DNA of 64,000 bases from Tubiluchus corallicola (lineage: Eukaryota; Animalia; Priapulida): positions 744,001 to 808,000 of the forward strand of contig JAQGDQ010000003.1 in the NCBI GenBank assembly GCA_030141605.1, in the 5' to 3' direction. Within the stretch, counting starts at the first letter, position 1. Each line of letters begins with the position of its first letter. A program made the translations under genes and the position numbers. Below, one piece after another: positions 27,115 through 40,080 of the stretch. The notes under the pieces were generated by a model. That model did not search any database and was not told the origin of the DNA. It was given only the letters and a program-made list of their open reading frames with translations.

Positions 27115-27690
27115 AATGTTACCATTTCATATTTGATTGAACAGAAACGATATGAGCATATAGTGAGAACACCCAGCGATAGTTTAATTTATAACGCACA
27201 TTTGGACTGTGAACAAAAGATGAAAATGTGTACAACTGGGCTTCGTTTATTAGGAAGATTTTGTGTAAACTCGGATTTGAACATATTTGGATAAATGAAG
27301 GCGCATTTAATTGCTTCACACGATTAATAAGAAACTGCAGGACAACTGTGAGTATTTTTTTAAACAGATTCATAGTGATAACAGTGGTGAGGAGGGGGTA
27401 ACAAACTCCGAGCTTATAAGTTCGTTAAGACAGTATATTGTTTGGAAGAATATTTGTTTATGCGTATTAAATCAATACTAAGCGAACGCATAACTATGCA
27501 CTAGATTCAGAATGCGCATAAACTGGATATTGAGACGGGCAGGTGTCACAAACCAAAAATACCTGCTCATCAAAGAAAGAATATGTAAAATGTGCAACAC
27601 GAATGAAATGGAGGATGAAATACATTTTAGTATAATATGTCCTGCTTACTGAAATGACAGAAAACTGAAAGTGTTGTAAACATATTTCTT
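27115..27690 (+). mobile_element. Degenerate LINE ORF2 C-terminal remnant (RTEX-like, CCHC-type end motif)
   Basis: Fragments: NWASFIRKILCKLGFEHIWINEG, NKLRAYKFVKTVYCLEEYLF, HKLDIETGRCHKPKIP, RICKMCNTNEMEDEIHFSIICPAY. These match the typical NWAS...GFxxxW...KLRTY...HxLxIETGR...CxxC...EDExHFxxxC series. Stops and frameshifts are present. Confidence 0.88.
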
Positions 27691-28522
27691 ATATGTGCTA
27701 CGCATACACGATGTGCAGTATTGTAAAAAATATGCAGATAGGCTGAAGGTTTGACAGCTATACGAGTGGTGCCACCTCTTGTTAATTAATGCAATTTTTT
27801 CTTTATTTACAAAACTAATTGGTTTAGTTGTTGTTGTTGTTTATTTGTGTTTCTACTATGTTTGAGTCATTACTTTCCATGTATGGATTATTTTTAAGCG
27901 TTTTGTGACTGTAGTAAGTGTGAACCTTCGTATCTTTTTCCAAAATTATTACTATCCACCATGTGTATGTGATAAATACGTTCAATAAGCAACTTGCAGT
28001 TTCACAGAATTTGCTGGTGCAGTGCAAAAAATGATTTTTTGCCAACCAGCACTCTCACCTTAAATGACCTGTCATTGGACAATATTATAGGAACCTGCAC
28101 CAAAAAGGACATAGGTAGACACAATGGAATGGCACTTATGTCAACGTCTGTACGTAGTGCAAGTGCATATTTTGGCTTGAACTTGTCAAATTCATCAGGA
28201 AAACATGTCACTTGCACTAAAAGTGGAACTGGAAATGCGATGTAGCAGGGGATAATTTGCTTCAAGCCTGAATGAGCAGTCAATAATTTGCTTACTAATG
28301 CCTTAAGTGCTTTAGAAAAATTTCACTTTGAACTGGCCGGCATAATGGCACAGCAAAACAACACAAGAAACGACCAAGCAGCCCAGGTGAGCTCAATATA
28401 TCACTGTACAACATTAACAACTAATAACAGACACATTAAGACTGCTAAAAACTAAATTAAAAAATTATTAAGATAACTACATAGTTCCTGTTTCTGATAT
28501 ATTATATACATGAATTACTTAC

Positions 28523-28572
28523 CTTCTTGAAGAAGTTATAGAGGCGTGCGAAATATACATGCGTGTGTCGGT
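28523..28572 (-). other. Candidate 50-nt exon with a consensus donor; partly duplicated nearby at ~28604-28649
   Basis: ttacag|ACCGACACACG...TTCAAGAAG|gtaagt. The reading frame cannot be fixed from sequence alone. Confidence 0.2.
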
Positions 28573-30914
28573 CTGTAATATATTATACACATCGATAACT
28601 GAGCTTGTCGAAGAAGCTGTAGAGACGTACGAAGTGTGCATACGTGTGTACTTTTAATTTTTCACTCTTTCGACTCGTTGGGGGACATTCAGTAGGGAAA
28701 CTACTGATTATTACTTTCTGCATGACCTGTCAAGCTTGCACAAGCAATCACCAGAATTTTCCTACTGTCAAGCTAACACAAGCCATCATCAGAATTTTCC
28801 TGTCTAATAATTTAAATTGCGATGTGGATAGTCTAGTTAACAAAATGTGCACCGTGACGTTTGAATTACAGTCATTTGCAACTGAAATGTTAAAAACTGG
28901 TATTTACAAGTTCACTTCTTCCGAGCATCGCAAACATAATCAACCTATTAAGATTGGCCTTGACTTTGACCTCACACAAAGGTTCACAAAATATGGCAAC
29001 GTTGTGCTGCAGAGTTTAACACAATACAGTGACCAAATAGAAAGTAGACTTCCCAGCATGATACATCAGTATGATTTATGGGGCACTTAATGTTCATTGC
29101 AAGGTTACATAATACAGTAGAAGCTAGCATGATGGATTATAATGGCACCTACAGCGCGTCACTATTGTGGGTAATCAGAGTTGGATAATTACAAAAAGAG
29201 ATCGTTAACTTTCTTTTAGACTCTACAACAGTCGGTTGTAAGACGTATAAGCACTGTTAAAATCATTATTACAGCGTGTTTGGGAAAGCTCCTTTCCGGG
29301 TAGAAATTGGGAATAATTTTCGCCGATACGGCAGCAATTGGCACCCCTTAGGGTAATAACGTTGGTTCTCTGCTACTACATTATCACGTCTCTGAGGTGA
29401 AGAATTCACCAAAAGTGGTGAAAAAACCAATACGTTGACAAATGTTATAAAGAGAATTTGTAATTTGCTTGCAATGGAAATATCATGGTCATAGTGCCCA
29501 GGCTTAGGATTCTGAAGTCTGGTGAACTTGAGAGATTAGTGTATATTCACATGTACGATATCAGTTTTTGGCGCTACACACAAACTGCATCACTTGGCAT
29601 TTTTTCACCAAATTGTCATTTTACTGCAAATAATTGCGAAATTTTAACCATGTAAACTGTAAACATTTATTCCCAAGTCAGATTTGGATATCAAAACCTA
29701 TTAAATTTTAGTCATTTCCAAGTCAATAACTACAATGACTTTCGCAAGTGGAAATGTGGTCAAGTACGGATGACATCCCTTTCTTTAAGTTTGCTAAATT
29801 ATTATCTTAACTCCCAACGTAGATCAGCTGCGTGCCGGCGCAGTGACAGGAATCAGTAACAGATTCAAAACCATACATGGCGATAGCGAACATTATTTCT
29901 TGCACACATTAATTCTTATGTAAATTTGTTTATGCGGTTTACCGAATAAATTCAACTGATCACATTTTGTCTATTTTCCACATACTGTTTAAATAAACGT
30001 GAAACATATGACACCTTTACAACAATTCAACGATATTTAAACGTCAACAATACCTTTTCGTTGGATAAACCAAGCAACGTTAATTATCTACACTGCTGCT
30101 ACTAGATTCATCTGAAATCTGAACACAGCTCAACGAACGGAACAAACGTTTTATTTGAACGCACCCTAACAAATGCATGAACTAAATTAAATGACTTGTC
30201 ACAGTGCATGATTTTCATGAAAATCCGTAATTACAAAACGTAAGGATTAGGTCTTACGCACACGCAACCTCTATAAGAATAAGTGGTACAGGCTTCAGAG
30301 ACAATCGAATCTTGTGTATGCCCCAATAGACCTAACAAGTAGTGCAGACATTGGACCAACTAATGAACATGCAGTTCCGGTTGCAAAACTCCTCTGTTCT
30401 AAATGACTTTTCTAAGGCTAGTTATTGAAGCCGCGATGAAAAATTGGCGACACTTATATGGTTTCTCGGGTATGATTGATTAATTAGCTTTATTTCATCA
30501 GTCAAACCTAGATGTAATTACATTTTCAGCCGGGAATAGTGGTTTCACGTATTTTCGAACTAATTAAAACTAACTGATTAAAAAAATACACAATTATTAA
30601 CCTTTCTGTATACCTACACAACTGAAGCAAAGCTAAAATCATAGCTCTTTGGTCGATACAAAACTGTGAACTCAAATTTTTCAAAACACTTGTTCCAAAC
30701 ACTTGCAACACGTGTGAGGTGTCTTAACCGAAAAGTAAGTAAAAACAACATCAAGATATAAGAAAAAAGATTGACTCACATAAAATGCAAGAACATGCAA
30801 TACGCTGTAAGTCTTGGCAGTTCGGCTTAAGACACGACAAAGACAGTGCTGTTGCGACGCAAAGATATGATTTGTTTATTTATGTATAACATCATAATAA
30901 AGAATACATATTAG

Positions 30915-31030
30915 TGGTTCGGTCCGTGCGTCTGTTTGTCTGTCTATCGTCAGGTTTTCTCGTAATGTATAAAACTGATACTTTGCAGAGAGGTAGGGTT
31001 TGGATAAACTTGGAGCCTTTTGATTTCTTA
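30915..31030 (+). mobile_element. Second fragment of the putative HINE/DINE-like element
   Basis: gtccgtgcgtctgtttgtctgtct...ttttctc...tgatac...aggtaggg, the same motif order as ~12625-12715. Confidence 0.35.
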
Positions 31031-34000
31031 CTAGAATTAATAGCGTCTACTACATCTATTGTAAGATAGTGTTCGTTGAAGCATTAGCAGCTACGGTACA
31101 GTGTATAGTATATTATGCATTTATGTCAATTATTATTGTTTTGCTATGCTATTGTTGGACCTACTATCCTGCGGTCAATAAAATTAACTAACTAACTCTA
31201 TATTTGGTCCACACCGCCAAAATGGATGAAATACTTGTAAATCAACATGATCTCCCCGACAAGATAAGATATGGGCCTATTAAAAAGAAGCATGCACGAA
31301 TGCGCGCGTTTCATCATCACAAACAGCAAAATAAATCTAAATAAATTAAGATGAAGCAACTGTGCATGATGATATTACTTTAGAACTGCAGATGTGCAGA
31401 AGCAAATCCAATTTCCTGCCACAATTATGCCGCCAGATGCATTGTAATATAATTTCGCAGAACTGTACATCATCCAGTTGTCAGAATAGCTAGGAAAACG
31501 GATTACACGCTCGAAACAGTAAGGGTACACAAAGAAACTTAAAGAGATGACAGTAACTGTCTTGCAAACTATATTCACAGTACAGCGCTGACTGTGCTCA
31601 ACGTGCATGGTATTTTGCACAACGAAAGTTTATATATAAGGAGGTTTAAAAAAGGTAGTCCAACACGTATGGTAACAGCCATTAAGGTCTGTGTTAACGA
31701 ATTCAATAATCTATTTTAGCCAATGTAACCGTGATCACAAAAGGTGCTTGCACTTGATGGCTTCCTGTGTGTAGTTATTAGCGTGCGCTAAGGTTTGCGC
31801 TTCATCCATCATTCTACCATAATTTAGAAAGGTTGTTCCTCTGCTCGCCAATGAAAATATAACCCCCACCTCGGTACAGATGAAAGTCTGAATCAGACAA
31901 GTAAATCTAAGGAATTATATTTGTTGCTGGTGAGCAGATATTCTGCGCGTGTATCTTTCAGCTGTTAATATAGACGGTAAGAAGCCCAACAAGCGGCAAT
32001 GACTGTGTGATGGAAATGAGTATGTCAAGCCAAATGATGGATGATTTTGTACCACAGTGGCTTTATAATTATTATAAAGTCAAGTTATATGGGCAACAGC
32101 TTGCAAGCACCGGAAGACCACTGGCAGAGAATCAAGTGTGGAATATTGCCGTTAAAGCTAAATCGAAATAGAAAAATAAACGACTGTGACATCGTTTTGT
32201 GACATTTAGAAAATTTGAATGTTAGACAATAATCGGCAGAGGAACCTATATGCTATCTTTGAACATGTAAAAACTAGCAATTCTTGGTCTATTGAGAAGA
32301 TGAAGTCAATCAGTTGCAAAAGAAACACGAACGCACTATCACTCTTGGAACACATATTATTTCCTTCTTCTACGTCGAGCTTTGCCGTTAAATTGTCGAG
32401 CAATCTATCTTTCGATTAACGCAACTTTCAAAAGCCAATTTATGGGCAGTAATTTAATATTTAAATGTCGAATGAGAATTTTCAGAATAAAAGAAAATTT
32501 ACTGAACTAAAGAAATGTCTTAAAGCCCACAAAAACTTGGTTTATGAATTCGTGAAGAGTACAATGATGTACCAGTACAAACTTGAAGTCTCACACATGC
32601 TACAGTCAGACTGTTCAAGTATTGAAAGTGAGTCTAGGTATGTAACTAGGCTGCCTTTCAACACTCTGTTTTTGTTACACTATTGAAAACCCGCTGAAAA
32701 GCTCTTAACAATGAAGATGACAGACTTGCAACCAGAACTGGTTACATGCGAGCAAAAATGCAAGATTTAAATTTACAAGAATCTTCAGCCCGCTGTCTTT
32801 ATGATAATATCATAGGAGTTTTGCCGGGAAATAAATTATGTTTGCACTAGTTTGTTGCAATCAGACGGAAATTTATCTGAGAACAAATACAATCTTGCGC
32901 AAATGCTGTTTGTTCTTGCGCACAGGGATATCAGCTTCATTGCCGAGCCGGCGGCAATCAACTAATGACAAAGAACATCCTTGCAAGTTAAGATGATAGA
33001 AGAAGCCATGCAAGAGATGATTAGCACTGTCAACTGAAAGTTCTAAAATACCAAATGTAGACTTGGATTTTTTAAAAGTTTATTATTAAACAGCCAATCA
33101 GTGCTGTGCAATTAATCACAGTTCTGTGGGTACCCATTACAGCTAATGTGCCAATTAGCATGCAATGATAAAAAGTAAGCCGTCAATCTTTGTATAGATT
33201 AATCATTGGCAGTAAATCATTTAATAAAACGGGACGCATTAAAATATTGTGTTGAGTAGGCTCAGTACAATGTACAATACTAAAACAGTTCTAAGGAATG
33301 AGGCGCAAAAACGTGAATGTTGAACCTATTCCAACGTAAGCAAAAAAATCATCAGCAAGACCAGCACAGCTAGCATACTACAGCTTATAAAAATAATTCT
33401 GCTCAAAACAAGTCGTTGCCATATGTATCCGATTCCGAAAAAAATATGTAGTAACGGACGTAAATTCTTGCGGAAATAATCAACCAAATTAATTAAAACA
33501 TACTAGATTTGTGTATGATTTTATAAAGAACAAACCTGGTTCTCTAGCCACTGCAAAAAACTGCTAAGTGCTGTTTAACGTATTTAGGAGTCAGTAAAAT
33601 TGCATCCTGAAATTTCTCATGTACTAAAATCCTACATCAACTAACTTTAATAGTACTAAGCAACGTGTATGATTATTTTCTTTGGTGTGTGAAACACTTA
33701 ATTGATAACAATTGATAGTCCTTTTTAAATTTCAGTCATTCCTGTGTTACGATGACGTGCCTGCAGCATGTTTCTGAACTAACATCATGTAAGCATTGCG
33801 TGCAGTGTACTAACATAATTTTGCTGAATAACAACGCACGACATCCATTAATACAAAACGCTTTGTTTAAGATGTAAGCTCAAAAACGTTTTGTTAGAAG
33901 CAGCTAAATGGGAACATTTTTATTATAAGAGTATATAATATCAATGAAAAATTCTTCAAGTGCAGACAAAATGATGGTCCAAATTACAATGTCCATGAAA

Positions 34001-34312
34001 TCTATGGACATTACAACATTAAGCAGTAAAAAACGCACTGCTCGAGGGTAAAGCTAGTGTATTAGACATAGACATAAAGCCAAAGTGCCCAAAGAGGAAA
34101 GAACACAGCAATGATTATAAAATTATGAGCAGGGTCTTTCTTCCACCTGTAAACTGCAACTAATGGCGCATGCTGTCTCGGCCAAGATTTAAATCAATTA
34201 GATTATGGCCAGTTTTAAGTTAAAGTTCTAGTTTAAAAGATGTTTATAATAACATCTAGCGATAAACATTTAAATGGATTTTTACGGTACAGGTTTTGCT
34301 CGGCACACCTGT

Positions 34313-34470
34313 TTTCATTTTCTTTCTGTTCTTCTCCCAACTATCCCTTCTCTCTCGCTGGCTCTTCCGCTCCTCTTTCTTCCTCCTCAACACTGCTTTC
34401 CCTACCCGTTCGCTCTCTTTTTCCCAGTCCCCCTTCTTTCTCTCTACCACTCTTTCTCTTCTCTCTCTCT
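34313..34470. repeat. Low-complexity CT-rich tract
   Basis: Pyrimidine-rich stretch ending in (CT)n. Confidence 0.85.
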
Positions 34471-34813
34471 CACCATCAATTTAAATAGCGTTCTATACGT
34501 AATTTTTCTGCAAAACTAATGCACGACGGATTGAGTTTCCCAATTAGGTGGCATTACAGCAAATAATGGAATCTGCTTACTCAAATTTAATATCGACAAT
34601 TTAAATCTCAGCGTCTAAATTCGTACATGCAACGTTACGTTTCAAAGTAAAATAATTGTCAACGATCGACAGTGAATCTCGCTGAATCGCTAATAATCTT
34701 ACACGAGGCAATAATCGAAATGTCACACTGGTTAGTAAAAAGAAAAAATTATCCTCCTGAAACAGCATCTATTTTCAATAGAAAAGTCTGAAGAAGGACG
34801 AATCGTTCAGCGG

Positions 34814-35047
<234 letters not shown>

Positions 35048-35199
35048 TAGTGAATGTTTTCGACTCTGTCAAAAACTATAAGATTCTGCTTATGTGACAG
35101 GAGATGATTTAAGTGGCTACTTTGTTGCATATTTAGAAATAAAAAACGTTTTTCAGAATAGTTAACAATGTGTACGTAAATACGTAGTTTCCGCGAAAT

Positions 35200-35930
35200 C
35201 TGTACTTGTCACTTTTTGATCGGCGACCTGAGGGTCAACGGTCAACCAGTGTGGGTGTGACTCATACTACTCAGTCCGTGTCATCGAAACCTTTCATTTT
35301 TTACATATTGCAACGTACTGCTGCTCTACACTGCATGCATTTGTATTTTTCACCTCCAATATCAATTTTTGCCTCCTAGTGGGGTTAGCGGTTGATCAAT
35401 CTAACCTTAGGTCATCACATTCAAATCGTCTCCTCGAGATCTTTCATTTGCTGCACTAAAAGATACTATAATTGGAACTTGTCACTTTAACCTATAACCT
35501 AGGGGTCAAGGGTCAACCAATGTTGGCGTGACTCATATCACACAATTAGTCTCATTGATACCTTTCACTTGATACAGTACAACCTGCTGCTTCTTGACAG
35601 TGGAAGCATTTGTGTCCCAGGCCCTCAGTTTCGGGTTTTGCCCCGGGTCAGGGTTTAGGAAATCTGGGCGTAGCTCAAACCAATTTAATTCGCTTCACCA
35701 AGACATTTCATTTGATGTACTATAAACCACTTTTATTGGATAGTGCAAGCATTAGTGTCCCAACCTACGATTTCGGTTTTTCTCCCCTAGCGGGGTTCGG
35801 GATCAACCAGCCTGTGTGTAACAAATACCATTCGACTTGCCTCATTTACCTTTCATTTGATATATTACACTCTACTGTTACTCGACATTGGCAACACTGG
35901 TATCCCCGACCGCTCGATTTTGGTTTTTGT
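35200..35930. repeat. Degenerate tandem array of ~120-150-bp units (about five copies), probably the internal array of a non-autonomous element
   Basis: The tttca(t/c)tt motif recurs near 35290, 35440, 35561, 35703 and 35850, each preceded by a gggtca/ggggtt motif. Units starting at 35208 and 35481 are clearly homologous (gtcacttt...gggtcaa.ggtcaacca.tgt.gg.gtgactcata). Confidence 0.7.
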
Positions 35931-38900
35931 CCCTTACCAAAAAATTTTCTTATACGCAAATGGCCCATATTCAGTGATGCACTGCAACTCGCCCCACTTA
36001 GCCACATATCAAAAATTGTCCCTAAAAGGAGATCCAGCCTAATGAAAAAAACAAGAAGCCCCGCCTGCTGTGAGATCTTCGACCCGGGGTGACGGGTTAC
36101 TTATAAATATAAATCCTCTATCTGGGGAGTGTTTCCTGTGAGTTTCATGACCCAAGCCCTAAGCGTGCATGGGTCAGTGTTTCATGAGCGTATCCCTTTC
36201 TTCTGCCTTAGGCCGACCCAAGATCAAGAAAGCAACAAATTTCGACCTCTCACCAAAAAGCTATTCGGCCCCTGTATCTTTGGACTATTGCTAGCCCTAC
36301 TGCAAATTAATTTTCAATGTGTTTGACAAACCAATTTGTGGGTAAACGCCCGGAAACAACTCAATTAGCATGTAGTGTATTTATTTTACTTAAACTTAGA
36401 AAAATATAACAAATGAATTCACACATAAACTGTCCATAAAACAAAGTTAATTTATTGTACCGCTGAATAGAAATTTTTACGCACGGTGGAAGCCGCCATT
36501 CACGCGAAATTATGACGTATCCGTCTATTTGATGAGCTTCGTGACTTTTCGTAAGCGCTCGTAGCTTTTGGTAAGCACGCGTTACCTAAACAAATTCAAA
36601 CTATTGCAGCTTACCTAATGTTCATGCAAAGATATCACCAAATTAGCTATACAAGCGTCCAAGCGTGAAATTACCGCGACTTTAAAGTGAGTTTACTAAT
36701 TACACGAAGTGCTTATGATCACTTTTATTACTAAACTCTTCTCACATTTTTCGCGAACAATGAAATAAGCTTAACTTCCCAGAAGGTTTGGGCTTTCCTC
36801 TAAACAGTATGCCTACTTGCGTATTGCAGAACGAATGAGTGTAATCTTTCTGAACCGTGTTTTAGTATCTTCAATTATGTTTGGATGTGAGAATAAAATG
36901 TGCTTCCTTTTAACATGTAGGAAGAAACACTGAAGCCATGCTGCGTGTACCTTTCGTGAGCTGACAGAGATAGTTCCAACATGTTGCTTAATAGTCACCC
37001 AGTGAAATGTGGTCGCTTTCAAATTCAATATTTGCATTTCTTGCGGCCGAGAAATTTAAGGCATGCTGTCGTGCGAATGCCGACCTGTTTTGCAGATGAG
37101 GATGCAGCCAATTCCATAGATTTATATGACAGATGCTGCCCATCATTCGGGAACTCTGTGTAAATATTTGTTGGCGCAGCTTATTTTCACATTCATTTTT
37201 ACGACAAATATGGCGAAATTACCGTTTAATTGCATACCATTGCCTAATGCCTCAGGGAGATGGATACTCACACGTGTGTGCGCATAAGACGCACAAACTG
37301 TAACCTTGGTTCAAACAGAAACCAAAATGGCTTTATAACCTAGGTTACAACAGACATTGCAAGTTGACGTTACGTATAACACGCATAAGTAAACCCTATA
37401 AGTATATACTCGTTTACAGATTGCACAAAGTCACCAAAACTGACTGTATACACTAGATATTAATAAAAGCAATTTTTCAGGTAGTATTTTCTTAATAAGC
37501 AGTTTTCTTAATGAGTGAAGTCGTGTGTGCACGTAGGCCACTTTATACCTCGTAAATTAACAGCACAAACTAACGCACAATTTCGATTCTTCTTCAGCCT
37601 CCTTGTTGTTAATATCTATGTGGTGTTGCGAGTCAGGTTGTTGAGGTTACAGGGACAGTGTGAGTGAGCATTAACAAATGTCAAACATGCACACCCACGT
37701 ACATCCTAATCGTGCGTGACACAAATGTCCGGAATTTCGTGTTGTTTCTTTGAGACTTCAAAACAGTTTTCAATGTCAGTAGTATTTCACTACTTTTACA
37801 ATGTAAATTCATATTTACTTGCATTCACCCCCTTTCACCTATATCTAGTGACTAGTTTAATCTACAGCCAAACAGAAAAACTGAAATTGAACCGTTTAAA
37901 ATGCACGGACTAACTCTTTTCAAATTTGCGCTTCAAGCAACGGTGATCAAGAATGATGCCATATTTCGGTACAACGGCAGAGAATAGAACTCCGAATTTA
38001 TAGGACTTTCAATTGTAACTTTAGTTAAGAGTATTTTAGTCACTTGACATGCAATTATAAAAACTTTCACAAAGTTCCTTTAAAAATCGTTTTTGGCAAG
38101 AATCAATCACGATTTATTTCCGCTGCTGCTATGTAACAGATTTAACCACTTGCGTACCAACTAAAATAACAATTCAGCCAAACTAACTATTTTGCCTTCA
38201 GTTCTAGTCCTATACATTGTCATCCACAAATCTGTCGGTTAGGCACCTGACGTGTCGTCCTGTCATTTACCCTGCCAAGCTTATAATTCAATTTTACGAC
38301 AAAACTGCAAGGTAATTGAACTATACGATCTATCCGCATCATATCCGCATCACATATACAGCTTTGATGTTCAACATTATGCGTTTTTAAGTTAATAAAC
38401 ATTAAATAAAACAAGAAAGAAACAGCCCCCCAGAGAACGCCACTGGCAGCCTCTGTGTCATTAACATTCCCATCAGACAGTGACGAAAGTAATTTCGCGC
38501 TCTGCCCTTGACGTTTCTTGCGTCCATTTCTTGCGAAATTTCGCAGTTTGTCTTCCTATTCTCGTTTTCAATTTGTCACAAGTCTTACATCAATAACTTT
38601 GCCGTTCACAAGTAGGAAGAAGAAAACTATTATTTAGCCACAGTCGATCTCCTGCTGAGGTTAATTTTCTCCCCGAATATATGTGAAGAAATAACCATTC
38701 GTTTTACCTACATCTGGATAACCATTCGTCACAACCAGCAGGTGCACTCTTGCCTTACAGACTTGCCGCAACTTGCTTAAAATTGTCAGATGTTCGAATT
38801 AAAATTATCTCTAATTCACGTGATAATTAATTGACAAAGCAAACTAATCAAGAACTTTGAATCTATGACTTACAAATAGGTGCAAAGTTATCAGAAAGGG

Positions 38901-39132
38901 TTAAGATAGGAAATAATCCCGGATTCACACTATGTAACACAGTTAAGTTCCATGCACTTGTACACTATATATGTATAATATATATATATTAATTACCAGC
39001 ATTATTAGCTTATACTGACAACAACGCTGTATAAAACTTGAAAATTTGAACTGGCGTGGCCAATTTGAGACAAGCTTAAGTAAATTTGCGTAAAGTTCGA
39101 AAGAATAATCAGAGATTTCGCAGCGCACACTT

Positions 39133-39774
39133 CATTAACTAAGAAAAGAATAAATTATTTAAAGCAAAACCGGAACCCATTTCCTTAATTGTAGATCGAA
39201 ACAATCTACTTTAAAATGTTGAAAGGATACATACTATTTTTTTCAAAACTGACTTACGTGAAAGAATTATTACCACACAAACACAATTTTACGTTCGCGC
39301 CACTAGTTCTTCGCTGTTACATGCATTTCGCCATTCGCTAGTTAGATTGGCATCAGCGCCTTGCATTGCACGGAAACGCATTGCACAAAAACAAGCACCT
39401 CTCAGTTCGGATGTGTTAGTTTGTGACGAACTACACGTTCGACAGTTCATGCGTGAGCACAGCGGTAAATTTTAAATTTGAATTTTTATCTTAAAACTTG
39501 CCTAGTTTTAGTACAAGACACTGAATATCTTACACTTACAGTACCACTGTACTTCAATTTTCGCTTTCGGAAACAGGTCAACATGCTCATGGAATATTTT
39601 TGCTGTTGAAAATTCTGTTAGTTTGTGATGTCGTCAATATTTGGGCTCGCCCACAGTTAATTAAATTTTTAACCTATTATTTAATTATCAGAAATGCTTT
39701 TGCAATATTAATTGTGTTTAAATGTATATTTTTTCAGACTTGAGAATGGGGTAGTATATGAAAAATCATCCTGT
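39133..39774 (+). mobile_element. Dispersed repeat family A, copy 2 (~640 bp)
   Basis: Aligns over its full length with 55997-56618 (e.g. agaattattaccaca, tacgttcgcgc, ctagttcttcgctgttacatg, atttcgccattcgctagttaga). Ends atatgaaaaatcatcctgt. Confidence 0.9.
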
Positions 39775-39997
39775 TCCTTTAATCTTATCAATAAAATTAA
39801 TCGTATATTTTTGGTGCACACTAGTGATAGTGAAACAGTGGCATTTACCAGCTGGCGCGATCTTTCTAAATTATTAAGGATTTCTCGCTTTCAGTTCAGT
39901 TACATATGATGTCTTTCAAACGGGTTTGCAAAGTAATATGTATATACTGCACAAAAAATGACGGTTGACCAAAAAGTATATGATAAGATGGACTAAA

Positions 39998-40080
39998 CTG
40001 TACTTTTGCTTAGTTAGTGAAGTGTGTGCTACGAATGCTCTGACTATTCTTTCGAACTTCATGCAAAAACGGCTAAACTA
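39998..40080 (+). mobile_element. Dispersed repeat family B, partial copy
   Basis: actttttgcttagttagtgaagtgtgtgctacgaatgctctgactatt resembles ~18172-18220 and ~52110-52145. Confidence 0.55.

Noticed and set aside
35610-36092. 160-aa ORF, the longest in the track
   Set aside because: Non-ATG start, overlaps a degenerate tandem array in a GC-richer block, and shows no recognisable domain.
38448-38590. Minus-strand basic peptide ending FVTV* or reading EDKLRNFARNGRKKRQ
   Set aside because: No credible acceptor site or start codon, and upstream in-frame stops.
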